From assembly GCA_964408995.1 (NCBI GenBank), contig CAYPBP010000002.1, positions 32,491 through 96,490 on the forward strand: a stretch of DNA of 64,000 nucleotides. The letters are read 5' to 3'. This DNA comes from an uncultured Gammaproteobacteria bacterium (GTDB lineage Bacteria > Patescibacteriota > Microgenomatia > UBA12405). The number at the start of each line of letters is the position of its first letter. Within the stretch, counting starts at the first letter, position 1. The position numbers and the translations under genes are program-made. Below, in pieces: positions 17,973 to 27,537 of this stretch. Below the pieces are notes generated by a model. That model was not told the origin of the DNA, made no database searches, and saw nothing but the letters and a program-made list of their open reading frames with translations.

Positions 17973-18464
17973 TTAATTAATAATGTTTTGGTCAGTTAAC
18001 ATACCAACCGAGACTTGGGCAGGTCGGATAACATGACCATTTAATTTATAACCTAATTTTTTGACATCAACGACAAAGTTTTCCTTGCCTTTGGTAGTTT
18101 CGATACATTCCATAGATTGAGGATCAAATTCCAAACCAACTGGATTAATTTCTTCCAATCCTTCTATTTTAAGGACTGAATTAAATTTATCAATGGCCAT
18201 TTTTAAACCATCATCGTTGAGATGTTTTTGAGCTAAATAAAAATCGTCTAGAACATCAACCATTTTACTTAGAATAGAAGTAGTAGCCAAAGTAATAAAC
18301 ATTTGACGTTGAGCTTCAATTCTTTTTTCTAAATTAGAATAATCAGCTAAAGATCGGGCTAATTTATCGGCCATAATAGCTGATTCTTGCTCTAATTCAG
18401 TTATTTTTTGAACTAAATTGATGTCTGAAGTGTCGGTATTTTTTACTTTTTTATCTTTTGTCAT
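17973..18464 (-). CDS. grpE: Nucleotide exchange factor GrpE
   Basis: 163 aa. Coiled-coil N-terminus and the C-terminal beta domain ...GYKLNGHVIRPAQVSV. Confidence 0.85.
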   Translation of the reverse strand: MTKDKKVKNTDTSDINLVQKITELEQESAIMADKLARSLADYSNLEKRIEAQRQMFITLATTSILSKMVDVLDDFYLAQKHLNDDGLKMAIDKFNSVLKIEGLEEINPVGLEFDPQSMECIETTKGKENFVVDVKKLGYKLNGHVIRPAQVSVGMLTDQNIIN

Positions 18465-18472
18465 AGATTTTA

Positions 18473-19210
18473 TTAACGACTAATAGTTGAAAGAAGTTCG
18501 GCGAAGTAATCGACGACTGGAACCACATATGGGTAGTGACATCGAGCTGGGCCGATAACTCCTAAGATTCCTCGATGAGGACCGGCTTCATAAGTTTGAT
18601 AAACAAAACCACATGGCTCGAGATGTTCGAGACCAAGATCTTCACCGATTAAAAGATGGACTATCTCAGGAGATTCTGGATTAAGATTACCAGCTTTGCT
18701 GACAATTTCAAACCAGAAAGTAGCATTATCGATTAAAGATAAAACTGTTTTGGTAACATCGATGTTAAAAAACTCTGGTTCTTCTAATAAATTTGAAGCA
18801 CCATAGTTATAAACAGAACCTTGATCGGTGGTGGCAATGGCCATGGAACGAGTTCGAGTAGCTAACTCTTTGGTAGTTTCGCGAAGTAAGCGATCGAATT
18901 CGTTTCGATATTCCCAAACCTTTTCTTTGGCTCCAATTTCATCGCTAACTGATAAATTTTTTGGGGTCATTAAATTACGGACGTAATATTTAAGACCCAT
19001 GGAAGTTGGAGTGCGACCAGAAGAAAGATGTCCTTTTTTTAAAAACCCCAGCTGGGTAAGAGCCATCATCTCATTTCTTATGGTAGCAGAAGAGATACCA
19101 AGGGAATATTTTTTTTCGAGGGTTTCAGAACCGACAGCATTGGCGGTTTCAATAAATTCCTCGGCGATACATTTAAGTATCTTTATTTGTCTTTGAGTTA
19201 AATCGGCCAT
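18473..19210 (-). CDS. hrcA: Heat-inducible transcription repressor HrcA (short form)
   Basis: N-terminal winged-helix region LTQRQIKILKCIAEEFIETANAVGSETL...SSATIRNEMMALTQLGFL. Order hrcA-grpE-dnaK-dnaJ. Confidence 0.8.
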   Translation of the reverse strand: MADLTQRQIKILKCIAEEFIETANAVGSETLEKKYSLGISSATIRNEMMALTQLGFLKKGHLSSGRTPTSMGLKYYVRNLMTPKNLSVSDEIGAKEKVWEYRNEFDRLLRETTKELATRTRSMAIATTDQGSVYNYGASNLLEEPEFFNIDVTKTVLSLIDNATFWFEIVSKAGNLNPESPEIVHLLIGEDLGLEHLEPCGFVYQTYEAGPHRGILGVIGPARCHYPYVVPVVDYFAELLSTISR

Positions 19211-19211
19211 A

Positions 19212-19248
19212 TTAGCAATATAATAGACCGACTGCTAAATTGTGTCAA
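19212..19248 (-). promoter_or_regulatory. Sigma70-type promoter of the hrcA operon, overlapped by a CIRCE-like inverted repeat (HrcA operator)
   Basis: On the minus strand: TTGACA (complement of 19243-19248), a 17-nt spacer, then TATTAT (complement of 19220-19225). The inverted repeat TTAGCAATA-N9-GACTGCTAA at 19212-19238 matches CIRCE TTAGCACTC-N9-GAGTGCTAA at 15 of 18 positions. The -10 lies about 9 nt from the ATG, implying a leaderless mRNA. Confidence 0.5.
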
Positions 19249-19375
19249 GAGGTAAATTTTTTGCAAGAGAAAGCCGGCGGTTGTTTTGTTTTTACACAAA
19301 ATACCTATCCGGCAAGTTCTCTACATATGTTGAATCTAAAATTCGGAGTGATAGCGGTTTTTGTTGATGGAACTT

Positions 19376-19666
19376 TTATTTCTTCAAAGTAAAAAATAGG
19401 AATACAGAAATAGCAGTCACTAGAAATAGATTAAGAATATTAAGAAGGCTGAAAAAAGCTAGAAGAATTAAGGATAGAATATAAAAAGAAATTAAAAGAT
19501 TTAATTTGTGATTTTTGGAAAAAACATAACAGGCAGAAATTAAACCACAAAAAATAATTAGAAAGAAAATTATTTTCGACCAAAGAGAAGTGGGAGCAAC
19601 AACATTAATAAAGATTAAAAAAATTCCCCAAAAAGTAAGAGAATAGTAGAAAAACTTTTTATTCAT
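19376..19666 (-). CDS. Hypothetical small membrane protein (3 predicted TM helices)
   Basis: 96-aa hydrophobic ORF overlapping the rmuC stop by 8 nt. Confidence 0.4.
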   Translation of the reverse strand: MNKKFFYYSLTFWGIFLIFINVVAPTSLWSKIIFFLIIFCGLISACYVFSKNHKLNLLISFYILSLILLAFFSLLNILNLFLVTAISVFLFFTLKK

Positions 19667-20744
19667 GGAGTTTTAAATTTGGATCAGTTTCTTCAGTTTT
19701 AATTTTGTTAACAATTTTGACTAATTGATTGGTACGAGTGGTGTCGACGGCAGTATATTTCTTTTGAAGAGATTCAATGCTGGTACCAATGTCTTTAAAG
19801 CCTTGATTATAATTATCGAATTCTTCGGCAAATTTTTTGATATAACCAATAATATTGGCAACATTTTTTTGATAACGGAAATTATCGTAAGCTTGATGAA
19901 CCATTCTTAGAATAGCAGTGAACGAAAAAGGTCCAGCCAAAATAACTTTTTTGCTCATGGCATCTTGTAAAAGATCTGGGAAACGGTCATAAATAAAACT
20001 GAAAATCATTTCATTTGGGATAAATAAAATGACAAAATCAACAGTATTTTTTTCGGGGTTAATATATTCACGACTAGTCACCTCTTTGATTTTGGTTTTA
20101 ATATCTTGCTCAAATAATTTTTTGAGTCTTTCCTTTTCTTCTTTATTATCAGCCTCACTCATTTTGACTAAATTTTGATAGGGGAATTTGGAATCAACAT
20201 TAATCATCATGCCATCTGGCATATAGACGGTAAAATCGGGGCGAGAAGAGTCACCACTGACTTGTTTGTTGTAACTAACACCACTGACAAAACCAGACAT
20301 TTTTAATAAGTCCTCGGCCACCTGCTCACCAAATTGACCTCGCATTTGATTGTTGCTCAAAACATTTTTGAGACCTTCGGTGGTAGTTTTTAATTGATTG
20401 GTTAGAGTTTTTTGTTCTTCTAATCGCTCTGATAAAGCAGAAAAAGAACCAGTGCGTTTGATTTCCACTTCTTCCATTTTTTTATTATTTTTTTCAATTT
20501 CAGTTAGGGCTCTTTTGACTAAATCCTCAATCGCCTGTTTTTTGTTGTTCAAATCGGTGCCGATTTTTTGATCGGCCAGAGTGATTAATTGTTGACTAGC
20601 GTTTTTTAAGGCTTCGGGAAAAACTTGATTTAAGCTGTTACTAATTTCTTTTGATAGCTGGTCTGAATCAGGTTTTTTTGATTTGAAAATTAAAAAAAGT
20701 AGAGTGGCAAGAATTAGAAGTAAAAGGATGTAAACAAAAGTCAT
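19659..20744 (-). CDS. rmuC: DNA recombination protein RmuC
   Basis: N-terminal TM helix, long coiled-coil, then the RmuC core ...RGQFGEQVAEDLL...RPDFTVYMPDG..INVDSKFP...PNEMIFSF. Confidence 0.75.
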   Translation of the reverse strand: MTFVYILLLLILATLLFLIFKSKKPDSDQLSKEISNSLNQVFPEALKNASQQLITLADQKIGTDLNNKKQAIEDLVKRALTEIEKNNKKMEEVEIKRTGSFSALSERLEEQKTLTNQLKTTTEGLKNVLSNNQMRGQFGEQVAEDLLKMSGFVSGVSYNKQVSGDSSRPDFTVYMPDGMMINVDSKFPYQNLVKMSEADNKEEKERLKKLFEQDIKTKIKEVTSREYINPEKNTVDFVILFIPNEMIFSFIYDRFPDLLQDAMSKKVILAGPFSFTAILRMVHQAYDNFRYQKNVANIIGYIKKFAEEFDNYNQGFKDIGTSIESLQKKYTAVDTTRTNQLVKIVNKIKTEETDPNLKLHE

Positions 20745-20867
20745 AAGTTATTGTACTATATTCACCCACTAGACATTTACTAGACATTGAATATATAATT
20801 ACTTTGTGAACGATAAGGTTCACTTGACTTTGTTCAGAATCCCGACGAGAGTTGGGATTTTTGATTT

Positions 20868-21470
20868 TTAAGACCTTTTTAGATTTAACCTGTATTCAAA
20901 ATCTTCAACAAACAAAATATCTTTTATTATTTTATTTGTTTTACAATCTATCAACTCTCTACCTACATGGTTTCTGGCACCAAAAACATAAATATCTTTT
21001 TTTAATTCTTTATTTATATATTCACAAACATAGGCCATATCTCCATCTCCAGAAAATACTATAGCAGTATCGTAATTATCTTTTTCTTTAATTAAATCAA
21101 CAGCCATTTCAATATCTAAATTACATTTTTTTATAAAACCAGTTTCATATTTATCGTCTGGAATATATTTCACTCTTTTTGAAATAATTTCAAAACCACT
21201 ATACCTGGCTTGTTTGATAATTTTTTCTGACCATGGAGTTAATTTTGTTGATTTATCTTTTTGGCCATAATCTTCACCATAATAAAAACGACGAAGATAC
21301 TTTTTTCCTTTGGACATATGCCCCACAAGTTGGCCTAATTTATTTATTCCTACTGGCCAATTTAAAGAATCTTGCCAACGATCGACATTAGCAAAATCAA
21401 TAATAATTATATTTCTATCTAAAGTTTTTGATAATAAATTTAAAAATTTTGTAATTTCAGTTTTATTCAT
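20868..21470 (-). CDS. NYN-domain (LabA-like) protein, a predicted RNase-fold protein
   Basis: IIIIDFANV, DIEMAVDLI and DTAIVFSGDGDMAYVCEYI match the NYN/LabA acidic motifs. Confidence 0.65.
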   Translation of the reverse strand: MNKTEITKFLNLLSKTLDRNIIIIDFANVDRWQDSLNWPVGINKLGQLVGHMSKGKKYLRRFYYGEDYGQKDKSTKLTPWSEKIIKQARYSGFEIISKRVKYIPDDKYETGFIKKCNLDIEMAVDLIKEKDNYDTAIVFSGDGDMAYVCEYINKELKKDIYVFGARNHVGRELIDCKTNKIIKDILFVEDFEYRLNLKRS

Positions 21471-21841
21471 TTATGTAATTAATTTTACACTAGTTCAGTT
21501 ATACGATTTCATCGTACAACTAACTTCCTTTTTCATAAAAAATAATACCGAATAAAACCCAAAGTGTAAATAGTTAGATTTACAGTGTTTCAATATTCCA
21601 TTTATTAGAATAGGTAATTGTTTTCTAAAAAAATATTACATTGAAACTTCTAATGATTCATTTCCTTCGATCTCACAATCTCTTTGACATTGGATATCAT
21701 TTTTACTACAACTACTGACACAAGATATCGATCGAGTTTTATTAAAAAATAAAAAATAAATTACAGTTATAATCACAAAAATCCAATATAATTTTATTGA
21801 CCAATGCATAATTTATAATATCACTAAAGAAATATATAATT

Positions 21842-22561
21842 TTAAGATTTTTTTGTTTTATTTTTAATTAGTTTTTTCCAATCTTTTTCTGATAATAGTT
21901 TTTGATTATCTTCATTAGCTTCTTTGTCTGGAACAAAAAAATCAATCATCGCGATACAACCTTTAATAGCGTTAATATAATTATTATCCGTTTTTATATT
22001 GAGTTTTTTAACACTTTCGTTTAATTCTTCTTCAAACTTAATTACTTCACTTGCTGCTTTTTTAATTTTAACTTTACTACAAGGAAGCAATGAAATCGGA
22101 TATTTCATAGTTGGATATTTTGTTAAAGCCTCAACTGATACTGTCTCAACAACCTTTCCGTATTCACTAAGAATTTCTTTGGCTTGGTCAATATTTAAAA
22201 CAGAACCATCATCAATATTGTTTCTTCTATTCTTATTACCTTCATAAAGACCATAAATTATTGGGCTACCCACTACAAAAAGCCAAAATAAAAAACTGTC
22301 TTGGTATTCTTTTGTTGAAGGTTGATAATCTTGGACAGTATCACAACTACCACGAAGCGGATCGTCATCACAATTTTCAGAGTGAGTTCCCAAACCACTG
22401 CTTATAATAAAAGCAACAATTACGATACCTAGTAAAGCACTACCGATAGACTTGAATATATTCTTTGATTTTTCTCCATAATCTCTAGCTAATTTATAAA
22501 AATTAAAAAGAAAAAAAGCTCCAACAATAAAACCAATTGCTTTAAATATTCCGTCTGTCAT
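21842..22561 (-). CDS. Hypothetical membrane protein
   Basis: 239 aa with three N-terminal TM helices and a Cys-containing loop (CDDDPLRGSCDTV). Confidence 0.4.
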   Translation of the reverse strand: MTDGIFKAIGFIVGAFFLFNFYKLARDYGEKSKNIFKSIGSALLGIVIVAFIISSGLGTHSENCDDDPLRGSCDTVQDYQPSTKEYQDSFLFWLFVVGSPIIYGLYEGNKNRRNNIDDGSVLNIDQAKEILSEYGKVVETVSVEALTKYPTMKYPISLLPCSKVKIKKAASEVIKFEEELNESVKKLNIKTDNNYINAIKGCIAMIDFFVPDKEANEDNQKLLSEKDWKKLIKNKTKKS

Positions 22562-22564
22562 AAG

Positions 22565-22996
22565 TTATTTTACCCCAGTGGAGCCGAAGCCCCCACGGTC
22601 GGCATTACCCATTGATTCGACTTCTTCAAATTCTAAGTTTTCGCATTTGATTAATAATAGTTGACAAAGACGAGTGGCCTTTTCAATGGTGACTGCTTTG
22701 TCGGTGAAATTGTAAGCGGCAAAATGATATTCATCATTGTCACCACAATAATCTAGGTCAAAAATACCAATTCCATTGACACCCATAATCCCCAACTTGT
22801 GAGTGGAACTTCTGGGGACTTGCATGATGAAATAACCATCAGGAATTTTGATGGCAACATTCATAGGGATATAAGCAATTTGTTTGGGCTCGATTATCAT
22901 GTCAACTCGAGAGCATAAATCAACGGCCACTGCACCAGCAGTTTTGTATGATGGAAGTGGAAGAGTTTTGTCAAAACGTTTGATTTGTAATTTCAT
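22565..22996 (-). CDS. dut: dUTP diphosphatase
   Basis: 143 aa. AGAVAVDL and the C-terminal RGGFGSTG motif. Confidence 0.9.
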   Translation of the reverse strand: MKLQIKRFDKTLPLPSYKTAGAVAVDLCSRVDMIIEPKQIAYIPMNVAIKIPDGYFIMQVPRSSTHKLGIMGVNGIGIFDLDYCGDNDEYHFAAYNFTDKAVTIEKATRLCQLLLIKCENLEFEEVESMGNADRGGFGSTGVK

Positions 22997-23000
22997 ATGG

Positions 23001-26000
23001 TTATTTTAAAAGAGAATGAAGATGGTCTTTGTCTTGGCAATCTTCACCAATTTGGTTAAATTCTAAATTAATAATTTTTTGATAAGTTTTTTGAATTAAA
23101 TCTTTTAAGTTGTCGATATCATTTTGGGAAAATTCAAAACTATTTTGAATAAATTTATTTCGAGTTTTACTTTTTTGAATGAAATGAATGGTTCCCTTAT
23201 TAATAACATATTTAAAAGTTAAATCGAGATCGGATAATATTTTATAAAAAACTAATTGCCTAAAATAATCCCCGTCTTTGGACAATTCCTTATATTTTCC
23301 ATCTGGATTTCCAGTTTTAAAATCAATGACTTCGGCCACTTGTTTGCCGTTAATTTTTTGATCACTAATTTTTATTTCATCAATTTTTCCAGTGATAGGA
23401 ATTTTGTCTAGATAAACATTATTGGGAGCAAAATCAAAATCAGTTAGAGTATTTTTATCAAATGTTGATTGATAATTATTATAATATTCAGTTAAAATTT
23501 CTTGGCCTTTTTGAAGTGATTCCGATTCATCTTCTTTGGATAATTTTTCTTTTTTAATAAATTCAGAAAAACGATTAAGGATCTCTTCGATAGTTACCAA
23601 ACGATTATCATCTCTTAAAGTGTCGAGGAGAAAAGAAAGTGAATCATGGACGGCCGAGCCAAGACTAGAATGTTTGTCCCGAACTCCTGGGATTCTTAAA
23701 ATGGTTTTGTGGTAAAAACAAAAAGGACAACGGAGATAAGAATTAAGATGAGTGACATTAAATTTATATTTATTTTTTAGATAATCGACTAAGTATTCTT
23801 CAAAGTCAGATTTGATATCAAGTTTAGTTAATGCTTTTGGAAAAATATTTTTGAGAGCCGATTCACTGTTGATACTGGAATCTGTAACTTCTTCGATAAT
23901 TTCTGGATCGATTTCGGAAATGAACATGGATGGAAGTTGATCACGACCACTTTCTGATTTGGTGGAATAGGAAATATAAATTTGTTTTTTGGCACGAGTT
24001 AGAGCCACATAAAAAAGTCGACGTTCATCCTCACAATCTCTTTCATTTTCTAAAAGAGTGGATTGGAGTTTTAGAATTCCTAGAGGAAGTTTTAATTTAT
24101 TTTGATTGGTAACATTCCCCCATTTTTTGTCAGTAACTTTATATAAAAAGACATGTTCAAATTCGAGACCTTTTGATTTATGGACTGTCATTAATTTAAT
24201 TGACTTGACTGATTCGCCACTTATTTCTGGAGCAGTTAAACTGAGTGTATTTTCTTTGATTAAATTTAGATAATTCAAAAAATCTTTTAGAGAATATTCT
24301 TTTTCTTGGGCCAATCTTTTTAACTCTGAATAAAAAGTGTTTAAGAAATTAATTAATTCCAAATTATTACTGGTTAAAACAAAATCTAAATATTTGAAAC
24401 GACGAATGACCTTATTAAAGAAACGATCAGTGCTTAAATTTTCTAACCATTTTTTGGCCAGAGTAATTCGTTTGACAAATTTTTTAATTCTTTTAACGCC
24501 AAGTTTTGATAAGTCAGTTTCGATTTTGGAGAAATTTGAAGATGTAAAAAGAAGTGAAACTAAATTGATTTTTTCCCTAAAGGCAAAGTGAGTCAATTTG
24601 AATAAATCAAAGGATGGAATTTTTAGATAATTAGAAGCCAGAATTTTATAGAGTAAATCACTTTTTTCGGAATTGACAATAAACTCTAATAAAAAGATTA
24701 ATTGAGAAATATATTTGTTGTCTAAAATATTTTTATCAATATTTAATTGATATTTAATATTTAAATTTTTGAAATGTTCAATGAGGTCAAAAATGTCATT
24801 GTTATTGCGATAAAGAACAGCGATTTCTTGAGGGTCAACTTTTTTGTCGAGTAATGATTTAATTTTGGTGGCAATAAAATAATTTTCTTCGTTGAGACTT
24901 GGAGATTTGAAAATGTTAATTGGAGTGGCATCAAAATCAACTTTGGATTCGAGACTTTTATCAATTTCATCGATAAAATTAGTGATACGATTTTTATTAT
25001 TTTTGATAACACTTTCAGATGAAGCCAAAATTAAACGATGAGATCGATAATTATTTTTTAGGACAACTAGAAGTGGTTTATATTTTTTGTAGAAGCTATA
25101 AACATTTTCAATTGAAGCCCCTTGGAAACGGAAAATTGATTGGTCATCGTCGCCGACAACAAAGAGATTTGGGATTTCATAATATGAGCCCAGAAGATCA
25201 ATGACTTCGTTTTGAGCCGAATTGGTGTCTTGATATTCATCAACTAAAATATATTGATATTTCTCTTGATATTGTAATAGAAGATCGGGGTTTTCTTTGA
25301 AAGCGGTTAGGACAAAAAGAATCATATCTTCAAAATCGTAGAGACCGGATTTTTTTAGTTCTTCTTGATATTGTGAATAAACTGAGTGAAGTTCGAGTTG
25401 TTTTAAAGAATCTTTGGCTAGAGATTCAAAGAAATTCTTAACTTCGTTTTTGAAATTTACAATTGGATTTTTGGCAGCACCGACAACAAAGCCGCCTTTT
25501 TCGTAAAGAACTTTTAATGAAAAGAGATGGTAATAGACTTCTGGGGATATTTTTTGACTGTTAGTTAAAATTTCTTCAAAGATTGGCAGAAGTTCGGCTT
25601 CTAGATTTTTACTAAATTTGAGAGCTAAAAGACGGGAAACTAAATCTTGATTTTTTTCTAAAAAATTTAGTTGATTGTTAACAAGAGTCAATAAAGCTTT
25701 TGGACTGACACCTTCTTTTTTTAGAGATTGAATTGATGAAATAATGTCGCGTTGATAAAAGAAAGAATCACCCCATGGTTTTAGAGTGGAACCATCTTTG
25801 AGAGAAGAGATAAGTTTTTGAATTAACTCGACCCTTTCGACTTCTTCAATATTTTTGACATTTTTGGCAAAGATAAAATATTGAGGGTTATTTTTTATAA
25901 CTTCATTACAAAAAGAATGAAAAGTATGAATGCGAACTTTGTAGGCTTCGGAGCCAATTATTTTGATTAAACGATCACGCATAGCAACGGTACCGGTGTC

Positions 26001-26198
26001 AGTGAAAGTTAAACAAAGAATATTTTGAGGAGGAGTTTGAGTTTGGACTAAAATGTTAGCAATACGTAAAGCGATGGTTTGAGTTTTGCCAGTACCAGCT
26101 CCAGCAATAACCATAACTGGACCTTCGATGGTGTCGACAGCCAGTTTTTGCTCGGGGTTTAATTTTTGATATTCTGATAAAAAAGATTTATTGTCCAC
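23001..26198 (-). CDS. UvrD/PcrA-family SF1 helicase fused to a C-terminal PD-(D/E)xK (RecB/AddB-type) nuclease domain (AddA-like helicase-nuclease)
   Basis: N-terminal AGAGTGKTQTIALRIANIL Walker A and the UvrD motifs. C-terminal GKIDEI...VIDFKTG...YFRQLVFY nuclease motifs (the D-[FY]-K-T-G signature). Confidence 0.75.
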   Translation of the reverse strand: MDNKSFLSEYQKLNPEQKLAVDTIEGPVMVIAGAGTGKTQTIALRIANILVQTQTPPQNILCLTFTDTGTVAMRDRLIKIIGSEAYKVRIHTFHSFCNEVIKNNPQYFIFAKNVKNIEEVERVELIQKLISSLKDGSTLKPWGDSFFYQRDIISSIQSLKKEGVSPKALLTLVNNQLNFLEKNQDLVSRLLALKFSKNLEAELLPIFEEILTNSQKISPEVYYHLFSLKVLYEKGGFVVGAAKNPIVNFKNEVKNFFESLAKDSLKQLELHSVYSQYQEELKKSGLYDFEDMILFVLTAFKENPDLLLQYQEKYQYILVDEYQDTNSAQNEVIDLLGSYYEIPNLFVVGDDDQSIFRFQGASIENVYSFYKKYKPLLVVLKNNYRSHRLILASSESVIKNNKNRITNFIDEIDKSLESKVDFDATPINIFKSPSLNEENYFIATKIKSLLDKKVDPQEIAVLYRNNNDIFDLIEHFKNLNIKYQLNIDKNILDNKYISQLIFLLEFIVNSEKSDLLYKILASNYLKIPSFDLFKLTHFAFREKINLVSLLFTSSNFSKIETDLSKLGVKRIKKFVKRITLAKKWLENLSTDRFFNKVIRRFKYLDFVLTSNNLELINFLNTFYSELKRLAQEKEYSLKDFLNYLNLIKENTLSLTAPEISGESVKSIKLMTVHKSKGLEFEHVFLYKVTDKKWGNVTNQNKLKLPLGILKLQSTLLENERDCEDERRLFYVALTRAKKQIYISYSTKSESGRDQLPSMFISEIDPEIIEEVTDSSINSESALKNIFPKALTKLDIKSDFEEYLVDYLKNKYKFNVTHLNSYLRCPFCFYHKTILRIPGVRDKHSSLGSAVHDSLSFLLDTLRDDNRLVTIEEILNRFSEFIKKEKLSKEDESESLQKGQEILTEYYNNYQSTFDKNTLTDFDFAPNNVYLDKIPITGKIDEIKISDQKINGKQVAEVIDFKTGNPDGKYKELSKDGDYFRQLVFYKILSDLDLTFKYVINKGTIHFIQKSKTRNKFIQNSFEFSQNDIDNLKDLIQKTYQKIINLEFNQIGEDCQDKDHLHSLLK

Positions 26199-26256
26199 TA
26201 AGCTATTCTATCAATTACTAATCGAAAGAAGATAAATCAGATGATATATTCAGTTA

Positions 26257-26877
26257 ATGAATAAAAAAATTATCTTATTTGATATTGATGAAACTTTAAT
26301 GGGACTAGATAAGATGGCAGTAATGTTTTATGAAAAGTTGGCAAAGCAACTTGAAGTAACAACCGAGGAAATTATTGAATTGAAAGAACAATACAAATTA
26401 ACACTAAATAAATCTGGTGATTATTTACATAGTAATTTAATATTATTTCTTAAAGAGATAACAGGTAAAAAGGAAAAAGAAATAGAAGATCCATTTGAAG
26501 ATAAAGAAAATTATAAAAAATCGTTACACCCTGAGGTAAAAGAAAATATAGAAAAAATAAGTAAAGATTTTAGAATAGGAGTCTACTCTGAGGGATTTTA
26601 TGAATACCAAAAAAAGAAAGTTTTTTGGTCTGGAATTGGAGATTTTTTTGATGAAGAACTTATTTTTATAACTCAAAATAAATCTGACCCTGAGTTTCTT
26701 AAAACATTACCAGAGGGAGCAATCATTATTGATGATAAAAAAGAAAAAATTCAAAAGTTAAAAGAAGCTGGAAGATTTAATTTTGTTTGGATTAATAGAA
26801 AAAATGATGAAGTTATGGATGATGTTAAAACAGTTAAAAACTTAAATGAATTTGCTGACTTACTTGGACAGCTCTAA
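26257..26877 (+). CDS. HAD-superfamily hydrolase (paralog 1)
   Basis: Motif I FDIDETL, motif II Ser (GVYSEG), motif III Lys, motif IV IIDDKKE. Confidence 0.65.
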   Translation: MNKKIILFDIDETLMGLDKMAVMFYEKLAKQLEVTTEEIIELKEQYKLTLNKSGDYLHSNLILFLKEITGKKEKEIEDPFEDKENYKKSLHPEVKENIEKISKDFRIGVYSEGFYEYQKKKVFWSGIGDFFDEELIFITQNKSDPEFLKTLPEGAIIIDDKKEKIQKLKEAGRFNFVWINRKNDEVMDDVKTVKNLNEFADLLGQL

Positions 26878-26894
26878 TTTGTTATAAATGGGTA

Positions 26895-27521
26895 ATGGAA
26901 AAACAAATTATTTTATTCGACTTAGATGATACTTTATTTAGTAAAACGGAATATCTTAAAAGATTGAATGATAATTTGGCCAGGGAATGTAATACTTCAA
27001 GTGAACAAATTGCTGATTTTGGAAATAAATATTTTGAAAGTTTAGGAAACTCTAACGATTTTCATATAAAGAAATATTTGGAATATTTAGATCAAAATTT
27101 TAATAAAGAAATTGATTTGGAAAATTTTACTACTGATAAGTTGAAAATTTATTCTGGATCTTTGTTTTCAGACACTATTCCTGTTTTAGAAAAATTGAAA
27201 GATAATTTTAGATTGGGTATTTATTCTCAAGGATTTGATGATTGTCAAAGAATTAAAATTAATGAATCTGGAATTGGAAATTATTTTGATGAAGAACTTA
27301 TTTTTATTGCTAGAAATAAATCAGATCCTAAGTTTATTGAAAGATTACCAGATGGATCAACAATAGTTGATGATAAAAAAGAAAAGTTTGAAGCATTAAA
27401 AGAAACTGAAAGATTTAATCTTGTTTGGATTAACAGAAAAGACGATGAGGTAATGGATGGAATAGAAACAATTAGAAACTTAGAAAAATTAGTTGATTTG
27501 GTTAAAGTGAGAGCGGTTTAG
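26895..27521 (+). CDS. HAD-superfamily hydrolase (paralog 2; tandem duplicate of 26257-26877)
   Basis: FDLDDTL ... IVDDKKEKFEALKETERFNLVWINRKDDEVMD, collinear with paralog 1 (shared GIG-YFDEELIFI and FVWINRK blocks). Confidence 0.65.
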   Translation: MEKQIILFDLDDTLFSKTEYLKRLNDNLARECNTSSEQIADFGNKYFESLGNSNDFHIKKYLEYLDQNFNKEIDLENFTTDKLKIYSGSLFSDTIPVLEKLKDNFRLGIYSQGFDDCQRIKINESGIGNYFDEELIFIARNKSDPKFIERLPDGSTIVDDKKEKFEALKETERFNLVWINRKDDEVMDGIETIRNLEKLVDLVKVRAV

Positions 27522-27537
27522 GTTAAATTTATTTAAA

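Noticed and set aside
20823-20850. Plus-strand terminator-like hairpin (atcccgacgagagttgggat + T-run) between rmuC and the NYN gene
   Set aside because: No plus-strand gene ends upstream of it. It may act bidirectionally or be incidental, so it was not listed as a feature.
21310-21555. Plus-strand 81-aa ORF overlapping the NYN gene start and the intergenic region
   Set aside because: AT-rich and low-complexity, and it overlaps the NYN coding sequence antisense.
23001-26198. Cas3/Cas4-like interpretation of the helicase-nuclease
   Set aside because: No CRISPR array or other cas genes in the window. The SF1 (UvrD) motifs rather than SF2 argue for a repair helicase-nuclease.
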